A stretch of 64,000 nucleotides of DNA. It comes from the human T2T-CHM13v2.0 reference genome, Homo sapiens. Made by a program: the position numbers and the translations under genes. The notes under the pieces are model-generated. The model was not told the DNA's origin. It saw nothing but the letters and a program-made list of their open reading frames with translations, and searched no databases. The number at the start of each line of letters is the position of its first letter. Position 1 is the first letter of the stretch. Positions 17,401-31,514 of the stretch are shown here, one piece after another. The stretch lies in assembly GCF_009914755.1 (NCBI RefSeq), contig NC_060940.1. One strand, written 5' to 3'.

Positions 17401-20400
17401 CTCTCGTTGCAGTCGTTTCTCTCCAGCCCTCTTTCTCCCTCTGTACAGATGCAAACATCTCAAAATGTCAAATGCAGAGGGGTGACCCATCTTCTCATGA
17501 CACGGGACAATTTTGCTCTGATCTCTGTGTGATTTCAGACACAAACACTATTCCCAGATTATAGGCTCTCCAGCACAGTTTTCAACCTGGTGATGAATTT
17601 ACTTACTTTTTAGTGGTCACGACTATTCTAACACTTTGGTAACTATGAGGGTGATGGCGTCGTCATGCCATGCGGGGAGAAGAGCCGCAGCCTGGGCTGG
17701 GATGATCAGTGACAGTGACCAGGAGCTGATAGGCTGTCCTGCCTGGCCCGGCCAGGGAACTCTTCTCTTCGATTTCCTCTCAGTGGCTGGGCTGGAGTGT
17801 GGCTGCCTAATGGTTTGCTGTCGATACAGTAAAAATGCTAACCTGTCTTTACATATAATCCATTCTGAGAGGGCTCTTTACATAAATGGCCTATTCCATT
17901 TCTTCATTTTCAGAAAAGGCAATCAAATAAGATTGAACTGCACAGGCTGTTGGTACAGGATTTGTGTGTGTGCGTGTGTGTGTGTTTAAAAAGCACGTTG
18001 ATTAATTTGGAGGCACGGCATTTTGTGTTGTCTCTATTTTCTTCCCCCCTTTTTTTTAAGGGCTCTAAAAATCAATGCTATGCTTCACTCCCATCCATCT
18101 TTATATAGTAATAAATTAAGTGGGAGGTATTGATATTTTTGACTGAGCTTTTAAAATTTACATGCTAATGACAATTAGACCCTTGTGACTGTTGATTTCT
18201 GTGGCTGTGTACTCTTTGTGACTTGGGAAATGTCTCGCCTGTTTCGCCTGCTATTCCTGAGTGTCTCAGATCCTAGACTAGCTGGAACTGTAATTCTAAC
18301 AAGGGATGAGCTCAGAAAAGCTGATCCATCTGCTGTCTTTCTCACTCCCAGGAAGAGGCACTGCAGAGGGTCACGGCATGAGAACCCAGGACAGGCCAAA
18401 TGACATCAGGCTGGGGCACCCATGAGGATGTGAGCTAGGGGTAGAGTCAAAATATTTAGCCACTGCTGGCACTGACCACCCCCCCACCGCCACCAATCAG
18501 CACTGGGGTCGGGGTGCTGGGAGTTCCTGCTGCCTTAGATATTAACCCTTTAGGTGCTGAATTAAGGAAAGGGGAGGAAGTTCTGAGGAAAGGCCAGAGC
18601 TGTGGGCAGCAGAGGGCTTGGGGAGGGGGGCGATGACTATGTTTCAACTGGCACAAAGCAGACCAATATTTAATAGTGGTGCAGACTGGGTGAGTTTTAC
18701 CTCTAGATATGAACCCCCCTCCCCCAACTCCTCCCACACAAACTTAGGGATCTTGGAAGTCACAGGAGTATATGTGCCCTTTATATTCCTTAAGAAAAAC
18801 TAGAATTTTGCAATCTTGACATTGAGTGCCTTGCTTACCCCAAGCTTCCAAACTACTTCTGATAAACTTCAGGGTTTGGGCAGCAATGTAGACAATCACT
18901 GCCTACTTCTCTCTTGCCTCCTGCCTCCCTCAAGGTAGGTGAAGGGCAGGCATCTTCTCAGCATTTGGCAACAGTGTTTGTTCTGAAGCCAGGACAGAGC
19001 TCTAGCACTGAGGGAGCTAATGGAGCAAGGTCAGGGCCACTGTATGATTTTATTTTATAAAACCAATTCCCTCTGGACAACCTGAGTGCTACCCACAGGT
19101 AGATGACCAGAAAAAATAGCCACAAACTGGTGAAAAGGCCTCAGCTTCATTTAAGCAATTATTCCGGGTACTGGGACAGCCTTGAAGCTAACAACAGTTT
19201 ATTTGCCGAGATTAATTTATTTGTCAGTAATATTGATTGTCGGGGGCCTGTTTCATTCTACTTAAGATTCCACAAGGCACAGACAGCAGCAACTCGTGCG
19301 TTATTTTTCCCTCTAGAATTTCCAGGACGTCGAGGAGACGCTGTGCAGCAAGTTCTGTCAAACTAGATCTTGCCAGGCTGATCCCCAGGGCAAGGTGCGT
19401 GGGTTCTGTTTACATTTTGCCAAGGCAGCAAAAAATTGTTTGTTTACACAGAGGGATCTTCCCCCCACCCTCGCTTTTTCTCCCCCAAAGCAGGTCACCC
19501 AGCAGTCTGGGCACCTAGTATGCATAGAGAAGCTGATAGAGCATTCTGTGACTTAACCCTGAAATCATTATGCAGGATTATCCAAATATTAAGCCTGCTG
19601 AAAGTTGGGCTTTTCTGGTTTCCCGTTGCACGGAGATTGCTCAGTTATATCCAACTGTCCAGGAAGTGCCTGAGCAAGAGTGTCTGCAAAGAAAGGACAG
19701 AACAGAGGAGAGGTGTGGAGGAGAACTCACTTTCATCAGAGGATCGACTTTCAGGATGGCCGGGGAGCCCAGAGCATTATTGTATTACACATTGCACTGA
19801 AATGCGCCTTGTTCTGCCCCCCCCCCACCCCGCCCCCTCTTTCTTTCTTTTCTTTGAGTGTTTTCGAAATGAAAGAGTTTCTTCTTCCAAATTGCGCTGG
19901 GAGGCAAATTCTTGAACGGTGTAATAGAAAATGTTAGACAATATTCCTTACCGGAGCTATTGACATTTTGGATAGTTGTGACACTTTGATTTTTCTCAAA
20001 ACATATGGATCAAGCCTGGCTGCATTATTGGACAGGAAGTCCTGATGAAAGGCCTGCCTTTATCTTTCTTTTTGTTCCCCCCTCTCTGTTTGCTCATGGC
20101 TTTCTCTCTGAATATAATCGTGGATTTCTTAAGCTGTCCGGGGAGTCGTTATTGCCTTACTAAATATTTCATGGTGCACAGCACACCGTACCTGCCAAAT
20201 GCCTCTTATTTGTTGTCAAAAATAAAGGGTTCGTCCTTCGGAGGGGGAAAGAAAAAAGATAGAAGGTTTCTTCTATTGTTTTTATTTTCAAGTTTCTCGT
20301 ATGCGCCAAATGCACAGAAACGCTGGAAGCCTAGGAGGGTGTGCCTTTTTATTTGCCGGGGAAAAGGCTGGCCACTTATTTATTTGTGGCTTATTTATTT

Positions 20401-21908
20401 GCTGCACGCTTTTTTCTATGATTCCCAGCACTTGTTTCCTTGCAGTTTCCCTTCCTATTTGTTCAGAAGGGAAAAGTTCAAAGCGGCTCTGTCAGCAGAG
20501 GGAAAAGCTTTGCTGAATACTAACCCTCCAGCGCCCGCCTGCGCTGACCTTGAGCAGCGGTAAACGGTCCCATCGCAAACCGGCATGTGTGTTTGGTTAG
20601 GCCAGGTCGGCAGGGGTCAGGGCTCACCTGAGGCCAGCGGTGCGGGGCCGACCTGCCTGAGCGAGGAGTAATGCATTTTTAAAAGGGACATTCTCGCCTT
20701 CGAATGGGCCTAATATGGTCTCTGTTTAAAAACCTGTCAGAATCCCAAGCACACACTCCATAAAATATAAATAAGTACTTACTGTTTGCAGATGTTGCTT
20801 GTTTTTCATAATGTTTGTATTTGAAGTTTCGAATCCTCACTTCCTGTCAGCCTCCCTCGTGCCTCCCCCTCCTGCGTCTCTAGGAACAAGGGGGAACTTC
20901 AGATGGCAATTTCTCAATGAAGACACTTTCTGTCAAATCTGTCAGCGTCCTTAGCACAATTAGCATTCTCTTTTTCTTTCTTTTTCTTCTCTCCCTCTCT
21001 CTCACTCTAACACAGAGGTTTATTTCTCACCACGGCTTTACCTGTGCCGGGGGAGAGCCACCTCTCGTGTTAGTGGCATTTGAAAGAGGCTTAAGTCTCA
21101 GCGAAGTGTGATTTTCTAGGCCCTGAAAAGCGATGCTTTAACTCGAGAGGCCTGTGATCTGCACACTTAGATTTATTGGAAAGAATTAGGAAGGGGACCA
21201 CGGGGAGCCTCCGACACCATTCCTGGGGACATTCATAGATGAGGTCTCATACATCTTTGCCACCTCCACCCTGGGAGCCCTGTTGATAATCCATGGTGTA
21301 GGTGTCTGATTAATTTCGATGTGCCTTTGGCTGCATTGGGCCATTGGGCCCCTGTCTCTGACCTACGATTCCTAAGCTAGGCAGTGGTCTTCCCCCTGTC
21401 TCCGCCACTCAGCCTGTGACTCACTCCACAGCTCCAATCTGTCTCCAAAGAGGATCATCTGGGGGCCTGGTGGAGAGCCTCATCTCTTTCTGTGTGTCTG
21501 GTTTAACTTCTTCCGCCACTCCTTGGCTTCCTTCTTGGTTACTATCTTCTGCCTCGATGGGGACGGTGCGGGATGGCTGGATGGGGCCACATCTTTTTGC
21601 ATGACAAAGTCAGCAGGTCATTTATTCCAGCGTTCCCGTTGGACGATGCGTGGAGAGGACTGTGGAAGTCGGTATTTGTTCCGCAGCCCTCCCACCATCC
21701 GCCCGAACATTTTAATAACGCGCTCTCTAGAGCACCCGCCACAGGATGCGTCAGCTCTCCCTGCAAACCTGTGTACTTGCTGACATCGGCAGTTTATGCT
21801 TGTATTTTTTAAATATGCTTATTTCGTACTGCTTATGCAGTCCTCCAGCTAAAAAGGCCAGCACAGCCCTTGTTTCTTAGCCCTTGCCACTTCGAAAGTG
21901 GTGAGTGA

Positions 21909-22008
21909 TGCTATTCAGGTGCTGGGTTCGCTAGACACCCAAACTCCAGCATTACGCAGTACGCCCATGTAACGAACCTGCCCATGCACCCTCTGAATCT
22001 ATTTTTAA
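21909..22008 (+). mobile_element. ~100-bp L1PB/L1MA-type extreme 3' end
   Basis: cccaaactccagcattacgcag...cccatgtaacgaacctgcccatgcaccctctgaatct; flanked by aaagtggtg (21895-21903 and 22009-22017). Confidence 0.8.
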
Positions 22009-23419
22009 AAAGTGGTGGATTACAGGGGCCCATGTGAGGGCCCGCTCTCTCTGTGAAGCTCTTATTACTTAGTTGTCCTGTTTTGAAGCCAATGGTCACC
22101 AAGAACCTCAAGAACTTAGACGACTGCCAAGAATCAGACTCCTCTTCGCCCACTGTAGCCAGGAGATTCATGACAAATGTTATTCTCTTGCAATTTGCCA
22201 TAATACCTATTATTTAAAAAAAAAAGAAAGAAAGAAAGAAAGAAAAAGAGACACACACCAAGCCCTCCCTCATTTCTAGGCAGTTTTGGGAGGATCTGAT
22301 TATAAACACATGCCCAGGACGGCATGTCTGCATGCCTGAATCAGGTCAGTGGAGTTTGCTTCTTCTTTAAAGCACAGAAACCATAAATCAAGATGAAAAT
22401 CCGTCATCCCAAAAGCCTTACCAATTGATACAATTTGAAAATGGGCAGCTGGAGAGGCTGGAGAGAAAGCTGACATGATGACTTTTATAATAGCAGAACG
22501 TTTAAGGTTATAGAAATAAAAGGAAGAGGATGAAATCAGGCCCGTTGATCTCTGCCTGCAGGCTCTCTCAGCTCACTGGAAGCTCCAGCAATTATTTCTG
22601 CTCCGGTTTTCCCCTCCTTTTTTTCCAGCAGACTGTTTGAAATGAAGCAGAACCAGGCATGGCAGGCTTATCAGTGTCGTTAGCTGACAGGGCGCCCAGC
22701 ACACCTGCTTTTACTTGCTGCCGTTTCAGGCACTAATGCCACAGAGAATGTTGCTTGGGCCCTTATAATGTGTAAAGATTCATTTATTTCACCTTTTGAA
22801 CCTGCCTGACCCCGTGGGCTTGTGTTGGGGAGGGGGTGGAGGGCTGCAGAGGGCTTTTTTCCTGGCACTTAGAAGAAGCTGGCAATTAGGGGTCTGGCCC
22901 TGGGGCTGTTGCTATGATAGAGGCTTAAAAGAGAGGTAGGAGCTCAGCCAGGGAGGCGCTGGGAGCTGGGACTGGGGGCTGGTGCAGGGCAGAACTCCCT
23001 CGGCCACTGCTTCCCTGACTCCACTGTGTCCCGTGTGCAGAGCTGTTTAGAGACCCAGGCACCCTGACTTTTGGAGACCCTACCCCATATCATCACATCA
23101 TCACAGGAGTTAAAATGCATCCACCTCTCATTTTCACTGCGATTGATGAAAAGATTTTTAAAAACCATTTTACCTTTGAAACAATTTGGCTGTGAGTAAC
23201 TCATTTCGTTGATGATGGCTGAGTTTTCTTGGCAATCATTGTGTGAACTTCAGAATTCCTGCAAAGTGGACACTATCTACCCTTCAATTGTTTTTAATAT
23301 AATGAGATTTTTAATAAATATTAAATTTAGCCACTAATAAAGTTGATATAGTATTAAGTTTTGCACACATTTAGACATTCAATTACACACCAATTGATTT
23401 CAAGTTTATAGCTTGGAGC

Positions 23420-23422
<3 letters not shown>

Positions 23423-23462
<40 letters not shown>
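23423..23462. repeat. (AT)20 microsatellite
   Basis: Perfect AT dinucleotide run. Confidence 0.98.
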
Positions 23463-23465
<3 letters not shown>

Positions 23466-23689
23466 AAACATTTTTAATAGGCCACTGGAAAGGAACTGTA
23501 GCCAGATATCTGATACCTCAGGTGCCTAATGGTACCTTTTTTCCCCTTGCCTTATTTTGATAAGGGTTTGCTTCAAATATTTTCCCTTCTATAAGTTTTA
23601 GTTTAAGGTCTTAGTTTCCTTGGAATATAAAAAGTAGTTTTTACTGGTGGACATTAAACTCTTTCAAGCCTTTGGTTTTAGTTCCTTCA

Positions 23690-23956
23690 GTTTCTTTTCT
23701 TTTCTTTTCTTTTTTTTGAGACAGGGTCTCACTCTGTCACCCAACCTCCCAGGCTCAAGTGATTCTCCGGCCTCAGTTTCTCAAGTAGCTGGGACTACAG
23801 ATGCACACCACCATGCCCAGCTAATTTTTGTATTTTTTGTAGAGATGGGGTTTCACAACATTGCCCAGGCTGGTCTTGAACTTCTGGGCTCAAGTGATCT
23901 GCCTGCCTCAGCCTCCCAAATTGCTGGGACTACAGGCCTGGACCACTGCACCCAGA
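23690..23956 (-). mobile_element. AluJ-type element with a right-arm deletion
   Basis: Reverse Alu; ctctgtcacccaacctcccagg skips the ggctggagtgcagtgg segment. Confidence 0.92.
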
Positions 23957-24084
23957 CAGTTTCTTCAATGTCATACGTCATGACTAGTACTGGAAAGAGG
24001 GGGTCATATTCCTCAACCTCAGCCTGGAAATCTGGAACTTCCTTCATTTCTTAATTTTCCTTCTTTTAAAGAAGTTTACTATAT

Positions 24085-24578
24085 TTGGCTTCTGTTGTTT
24101 ATGCCTCATTAGCATGTTCTCCTGTTCTTCTGTGAATAGAACTCAGATTTCCCTTGGGAAAGCCATTCTTCCTCACTGGTTCAGTCCCTTTGTCTCTAGG
24201 AATGGGCACTTGACTCGGGCCTGGCCAAAGGAAGCATCTTATTGCCCGGGCCACGGTTATTGGTTCAGTGACTTCTATACCTATTTGGGAAAAGGAATTT
24301 TCTTTTTATACAGAGATTATTAGTTTATAGAGCTTCTAAGAGAAACACCAGGTAGAAAGACCCTGCCTGACAAGTAAGTCAATGCAGAGAAAAACAAAGT
24401 GGTTGAGAGAGAGAGAAGCTAAATCTTAATAAATATCATGAGGGCCCCTGGATTCAGCCATGCCCAAAGCCGTAAACTCATACCACCTCTAATATACTCA
24501 GTCACATGAATACTTTGCTTAAGCCAGCTTGACTTGAGTTGCTGTCACTTGCAACCAAAAGCATCCTGACAAACACAT
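24085..24578 (+). mobile_element. Old MLT1 (J/K-like) LTR
   Basis: gggcacttgactcgggcctggccaa...; 3' end tttgcttaagccagcttgacttgagttgctgtcacttgcaaccaaaagcatcctga. Confidence 0.75.
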
Positions 24579-24739
24579 ACTCTGGTATCACTGAGGGGCA
24601 AGTCCTACTAGAGAGATTTCATTTCAGCTGTTCTGTTAAGAAACAATTTGAATTAGAATGTGGGAATGGTGGGTGTAGGAGTGATGAGAAGGAGACCAAG
24701 GTTAATAGCAAGGAGGATAATGTCATGGAGAGTGTCCCA

Positions 24740-24890
24740 TGCACCAAGCACTGTGTTCATGTTTCCCAGCAACTCTCAGAGGTTTATTATCCCCACTTTA
24801 CAAATAGAAAACTGAGGTCCAAAGTTACTTAGCTCATAAGAATACAGCCTAATTGGCTTCAGATTTATCTGATCCTAAAGTGGAGCCCAT
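24740..24890 (-). mobile_element. MIR
   Basis: attatccccactttacaaatagaaaactgaggtcc. Confidence 0.7.
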
Positions 24891-25704
24891 TGACACCTAG
24901 ACCAAAAGGTTGGGGTTCACATCTTAATCCTTAGGGCACAAGGACCTGGAGACTCAGAGCCTAATGTTGGTCCTATGGTCTTGGGTTAGATGTTCCATAA
25001 AGTTTTTTGTATCCATTACCTCACTTTGTTCTCTCTGCAACCTGTATGGACTTTGAACCATGAAAAATTCCATTCCTTTTAGTTCTGAAAAATTTTATGC
25101 AATAGTAGTTAGAAGCTCTTACTACAATGCAAATTCCAGTTAATATTTAGGTAATCAGACTGCCTGGAATGTGTGAGGGGAGGTTGGGGAGGATGGGGGG
25201 TGGAAGTAGCTATCAAAGGAAAACAAACTTTCCTCTGTCACAATTATTGCAAGATTTGGGCCTGTCAAAGAAAAACAGGCCTATGTGTGATACAAAAAAG
25301 GTAAGGGTCTGGAATAAGTGGGTTTTGGATTATTTCTGCCAGTTTTGTGTCTCGATGTGAGTAAATTTTATGTACATTCCTCCCTTTTCTCTCCTCCATC
25401 GTCCCAGCTGTCCTTCTGCTGGGTCTCATGCCTCATCAAAGTGAAAGGATCTCAAAACCTATTTCAGGAGGTACTTTATTAAAACAGATGGATTGGGTTT
25501 CTGGGTTCCTCTCTTGCCAAACTCCGAAGAAAACCCCACCAAATCTTTGATCTTACAGTGTGTACAGGTGTATGTGCAATTAACTCCTGTTTCCCAAACT
25601 ACCCAATGAGGCAGGTACTAAAAGGAGGGTCCCAAATAAGAGTAACAACAATCCCCTGCCCTAAGTATGCTTCTCCTGGTTCTGCGGACTCTCGAGCCTG
25701 TCTT

Positions 25705-25993
25705 ATTGTTTCTGAGACAAGGTCTTGCTCTGTTGCCCAGGCTGGAGTGCAGTGGCATGATCATGGCTCACTGCAGCCTTGATTTCCTGGGTACAAGTGA
25801 TCGTCCTGCCTCGGCCTTCTGAGTAGCTGGGACTACAGACATGAGCCACCATGCTTAGCTCATTTTTTAGTTTTTGTAGAGACAGGGTCTTGCTATGTTG
25901 CCCAGGCTGGCCTCAAACTCCTTAATTCAAATGATCCGACTGCCTCAGCCCCACAAAGCACTGGGATTACAAGCAGGAGCCATGATGCCCTGC
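25705..25993 (-). mobile_element. AluJ-type element
   Basis: Reverse Alu with gatcatggctcactgcagcc. Confidence 0.92.
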
Positions 25994-26020
25994 CAAGAAT
26001 TCCCTCCAACTTCTTCTTCT

Positions 26021-26318
26021 TCTTTTTTTTTTTTTTTGGAGGGCGACGGAGTCTCGCTCTGTTGCCAGGCTGGAGTGCAGTGGGGGCAATCTCAGCTCAC
26101 TGCACCTCCACCTCCCAGTTCAAGCAATTCTCCTGCCTCAGCCTCCTGAGTAGCTAGGACTACAGGCGTGCACCACCACCCTCAGCTAATTTTTGTATTT
26201 TTAGTAGAGATGAGGTTTCATCATGTTGGCCAGGATGGTCTCGATCTCTTGACCTTGTGATCCACCCGCCTTGGCCTCCCAGTGTTGGGATTACAGGCAT
26301 GAGCCACCGTATCTGGCC
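26021..26318 (-). mobile_element. AluS (Sc-like) element
   Basis: Reverse Alu; TSD attccctccaacttctt. Confidence 0.93.
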
Positions 26319-26878
26319 ATTCCCTCCAACTTCTTAAACTCATTCCAACTCATGCTGGGAGGTGTCTCCTCTGTACATACTCCCCAGTCTTCTCAGCTAC
26401 CATCAAGAGGCCATCATTTTTCTTGTTTCCCACCCTCAATTGTTTTGCAGCCACTGCTGCTGCTGAAACCACCCCATGAAGTCCTCTCCCATTTCTCCAC
26501 CTGGTACGTGTCCTCTTCTGTCCTCTGAATCCATTTACTGCTCTAATATTAGATCCTTCCTGTACCCCCTCACTCTGTGCATCAGTTACAGAACAGGTCT
26601 GACTTGTGCTCTCAGTATTTTACAGAGATACCAGTGAACCAGCTCTTCGCTTTTAATTGCTCTTTCTTTTGGCTTCTTCTTCCTAGAAGAAGAAGAGTCC
26701 TGGGCTGGGCAGGCTGGCAATCTGAGCAGTAGACCATCCTCTTCTCTCACACCAGCCCACTGTCCTAGCACTGCAGGTCCACAGCTGACTTGTCACTTCC
26801 TATAGGATGAATGCTTTCCCAGGAAGTCTTAGGGCTCAGTGCAATTTACCCTCCCTGCTCTGCTGGACTCATGTTGGG

Positions 26879-27187
<309 letters not shown>

Positions 27188-28143
27188 CTCATGTTGGGTG
27201 TTCTAACTGAGGGCATCAGTATTCTAGATATTGGAGCCCCCTTGAAACTCCAAAGCATCTATGCCAGAAAAGAGCCTGTTCCTCAAACATAAAATGAACT
27301 CCTTTGTCATTCTCAAAGCTAATGATTTTAAGGGTTTAGCATCTTTTGTGAATGCATGATTTTCCAATGGTTCTGTTTTTCTACTCTTGATGGCAAAATA
27401 TTACTGGATTTGTGATAAGATTTGTTCTGTTGTTTAAAGTAGCAAATACCAAGTGGAACCATTATATCAGTTGAATTCTATCTGAATCCCTTCCCTGGTG
27501 GAATTTCATTCTTGCAGACATTGCACAGTTCAAAGTTCATAGACTTGAAACATGAAGATTCTTCTAGAAGGAAATATCTCAGCTCATAGTCCTCGAAAGT
27601 GAGTAGAGCTTCACAGAATCTGGGTATGTACATGGCTGCACTGAGAATTAACACATATCAGGCCTTGCTATTGTGAAATAGCTGTGGTGGGTAATGACCA
27701 TAATTCATTCTATTTTATTAGTTTTTAAATGTGATTCCATTTTGGCTTTGGCAGAGGTGAGGGAACTGACTTGTATTTTCTCTTTATGCTTGATATCCAA
27801 AAGCCCCTTTGGGGAAAATGACGCTAGCTAAAATCACGTAAATTAAAGAGGAAATTTGCTAAGACACCTTGACAAACTCAAAAATGAAAATACTGAGCTT
27901 TAACTCTTTGGTCATCCTGATTCTTGACTCTTACACTCATAATTAGTGAAGGAGGTGTGGAGAGGGCATGGAGCCGGTGTATTCTTTGTATGAGTGGCTT
28001 TTTTACACGCAAGTGAAATGATGGTTAAGGTTTAGTGTCCATAAGCAGAAAAGCTAAGCCTGGCATCGCAGATACTTTAGAATAGGAAGCAACTGAATGA
28101 TGAAACTTCAACTGAACCTAAAAATCCTCTTTAGATCTGTTAA

Positions 28144-28538
<395 letters not shown>

Positions 28539-28789
28539 TGAGGACTTAAGAAGAGACATTTGGTGCTGAGACAGGAGAAAGCATGGATTAATTGGAAGCA
28601 CTATGAGTTCAGATCTCATCTGACACTTACTAGGTATGTGACTAATTTTAAAATAGATTGTTTTATCTCTTATTACAAAAGTTTTATAGTTTTCTATAAA
28701 AGCGAAAGAAGGGAAAAACACATCCTCAATCTCATACAGAAAACAATTTACTCTTAATTCTTTCATGATTTTCTTTCTAAATCCTCTTT

Positions 28790-30475
28790 CATGTACAAAC
28801 TACCTACTCATTACAAAAATAAGATTGTACATGGCATTTAGTAACCCTCTCTTTTATCTTATATATTCTGTACATTGCCGACATCATTTCTGATGGCTGC
28901 ACAATGTCCCATCTTATATATGTGTTTTAATTTGATCAATTCTTCTATTGTCGAACACATAGGTTGTTCTAACTCTTCACAATTACAAAATGGCTGTGAT
29001 AAATAATTGTAGGTAACTGTTCACCCAAGTTCAAGATTGTAGTATTTTCTTAAGAAAAAAATTCCCCAGAAGTCATATTTCTAGATGCATGAGCACATTA
29101 TAATTTTCCTACTTGGAGTTTGTTGAGATTTTTGAACGTATACATCCATGTTTTTCATCACATTTGGGAAGATTTTGGCCATTATTTCTTCAGATAATCT
29201 CTCTGCCTCTTTCTCCCTCTCTCTCTCCCTTCTCTCTAGGGCTCCCATAATGCATATATTAATCTGCTTAATGGTGAGCCGTAGTCCCTTAGGCTCTTTC
29301 ACTTTTCTTCATTCTTTTTTCTTCTCAGACTTGATAATTTTAAATGACTTCTCATTAAGGTCACGGATTCTTTCTTCTGCCTGTTTTGAGTCTGCTCTTG
29401 AGTGAATTTTTCAACTCAGTTATTGTTTGTCACCTTAACAATTTATTTGGTTGTTTTTGTTATTTATAATTTATATCTCTTTGTTGGTAATTCTGAATTT
29501 GTTCATATATTGTTTTCCTGATTTTCTTTAGTTCTTTGTGTTTTCTTTGAGTATGTTTAAGGTACTTGTTTTAAAGTCTTCACCTGCTAAGTCTGATACC
29601 TGTGTTTCTCAGGGACTGTTCCTGAAGATTTACTTTGTGCTTTTGAATGGGCTATGTTTTCCTGTTTCTTTGTATGCTTTGTGATCTTTTGTTGAAAATT
29701 GGGCATTCAAAAAAATCAGCTACCTCTCTCAGTCTTTGGAGATTTGTGGATAAGGCCTTCACTAATTAGCAGGACATGTTCTGAGCTTTGGAATCAGCCT
29801 AGCATAAAGGCTTAAAGTCTTCCAAGGCCTTTTCTGAATATATGTCTTACCTAGGCCTGCATGTGTGATTTTTTTCCCGCAATCTCCTGTATACATGGTT
29901 GCTTTTAAATATCTTAATTTTCCCAAGAGTCTCACCTGTTTCTTCTCTGGGCCTTAGCTATTTTATTAGACTTATCCATCAGTCATCTTTGTCTCAGTTG
30001 TCTGCAGGCCCCGCTTGCTCCCTTGCTGTTTTCATGAGCCATTCTAGCTACTTCCTGCAGCCCCTTCTAGCCTGAGGTCCAGGTTGTACCGTTGTTGGCT
30101 TTCTGAGCTCCAAATTAGGTGATACAGACACCGATCCCTCAGGCAGCCCCCAGATGGGTTAGACCATTGCAAATTAGATCCACTCTGCTGTCTCTGGTTT
30201 AAAGTCAGGAACTGGGGATTAAGGTGTCATTTCTCTCAAACCATGCCATGCCACACTAGGGAGGCGGTAAGGAAAGAATGAGTAAAAACACCATGACATT
30301 TCCTTCCATCTGAATGTAGATTTTTCTTGATTCGGCATTTGCTTGGTTGTTGTAGATTTTTGTTCATTTCCAGAACTCCTATAAAGTTATTGTAGCCAAT
30401 CTCTAATTGTTTAATGTTGCCATGTAAGAATAAGTGCCTGGAGGTTGCAAGTCTGCCATCTTGCCAATGTCATTC
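28790..30475 (-). mobile_element. Old L1M fragments: L1ME-like 3' piece plus an ORF1/5' region piece
   Basis: Minus-strand ORF 29081-29302 (IKQINICIMG...AERLSEEIMAKIFPNVMK...QKSQQTPSR) resembles L1 ORF1p; T-rich reverse L1 context. Confidence 0.8.
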
Positions 30476-31514
30476 CTGAGCATACGTATTTTTAAGGTTC
30501 TTGATAAAATAAGAAGTTTTGAGGACTGTAAGAATCCTGTATCCTTTGAACTAGCATTTGCCAAAGTTTGGAACACAAATTTCTCAAGATGCTCTGGAAA
30601 AGAGGTGGGGAGGAGGAGGGTTTCCTAGTAAAACAAGCTTGGGATTTACAGTAGACTATGTTCCCCTCTGTGATACTGCCTGTGGAGAGAGGCATATCGA
30701 AAGCTCTGGAAAGTCCTGCAATAAAGAAACCCATTCGATTCTATTAAAGCCAGTATTCTCAGACTTGATTGATCATAAAGTACTTTTGTTTTCCAAAGGA
30801 TCAATCTCCTCCAGAACTTATGTTTCTGAATAAAATGTGGGAAATGCTGCTTAAAGCTTACTGAGAACTCATGAGGGCTCCTAATTTTCATGTAGCCAAG
30901 CTGAAACAAATTTCGTGATGTTTTCCCAAATAGTCAAGGGGCTAGAGCAAAGCCATAGTGAAACCCAGGTCTAAAATCCTCGTGAGTGCAGCTTGCAGCC
31001 CTGCTTCATTCATTTCACCTGTTTCTAGAAGCCCCTAACCCCCAGTTTCCAGGAAAGGAAGATGTTTCAGACAAGGCAGGATTAGACAACACCAGACTTA
31101 TGACAATGACTTCTTCTGGAACGTGTAAAGAGATTGTCTCAAATATAACATCTGTGTTCTTAGAAAACATTACACTATTTTCTCATTGACTTTTGTGTTT
31201 TGATACCAAAAAAAGGATTCTCAGGCAATTGTTTTTGGTTTTTTGATATTGTGTGTGTTTGTGTGTGTGTGTTTTAGGCATTAGCTTGCTTCACGGTCTG
31301 CACAAATCAGATTCCATGGGTCAGTTTCAGTCCCCAGCATGGGCTTATCATCTTCAACACCTGCCACCAGATCTGTTTGTCTTCTACTTTGGACTCTCAT
31401 GAGACTTGCTATATTGTATGAATTTCACTTTCTTAATTTTGATGAGAGCCAATGACATTTTCTTTCATTGTTTGGTGTATCTGTGTCTTTTCTCCTCAAT
31501 TAAGGGAATAGAAT

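Noticed and set aside
19436-20563. 159-aa and 172-aa ORFs in the TE-poor block
   Set aside because: Phe/Leu/Ser-biased translations of T-rich DNA with no recognisable homology or exon structure.
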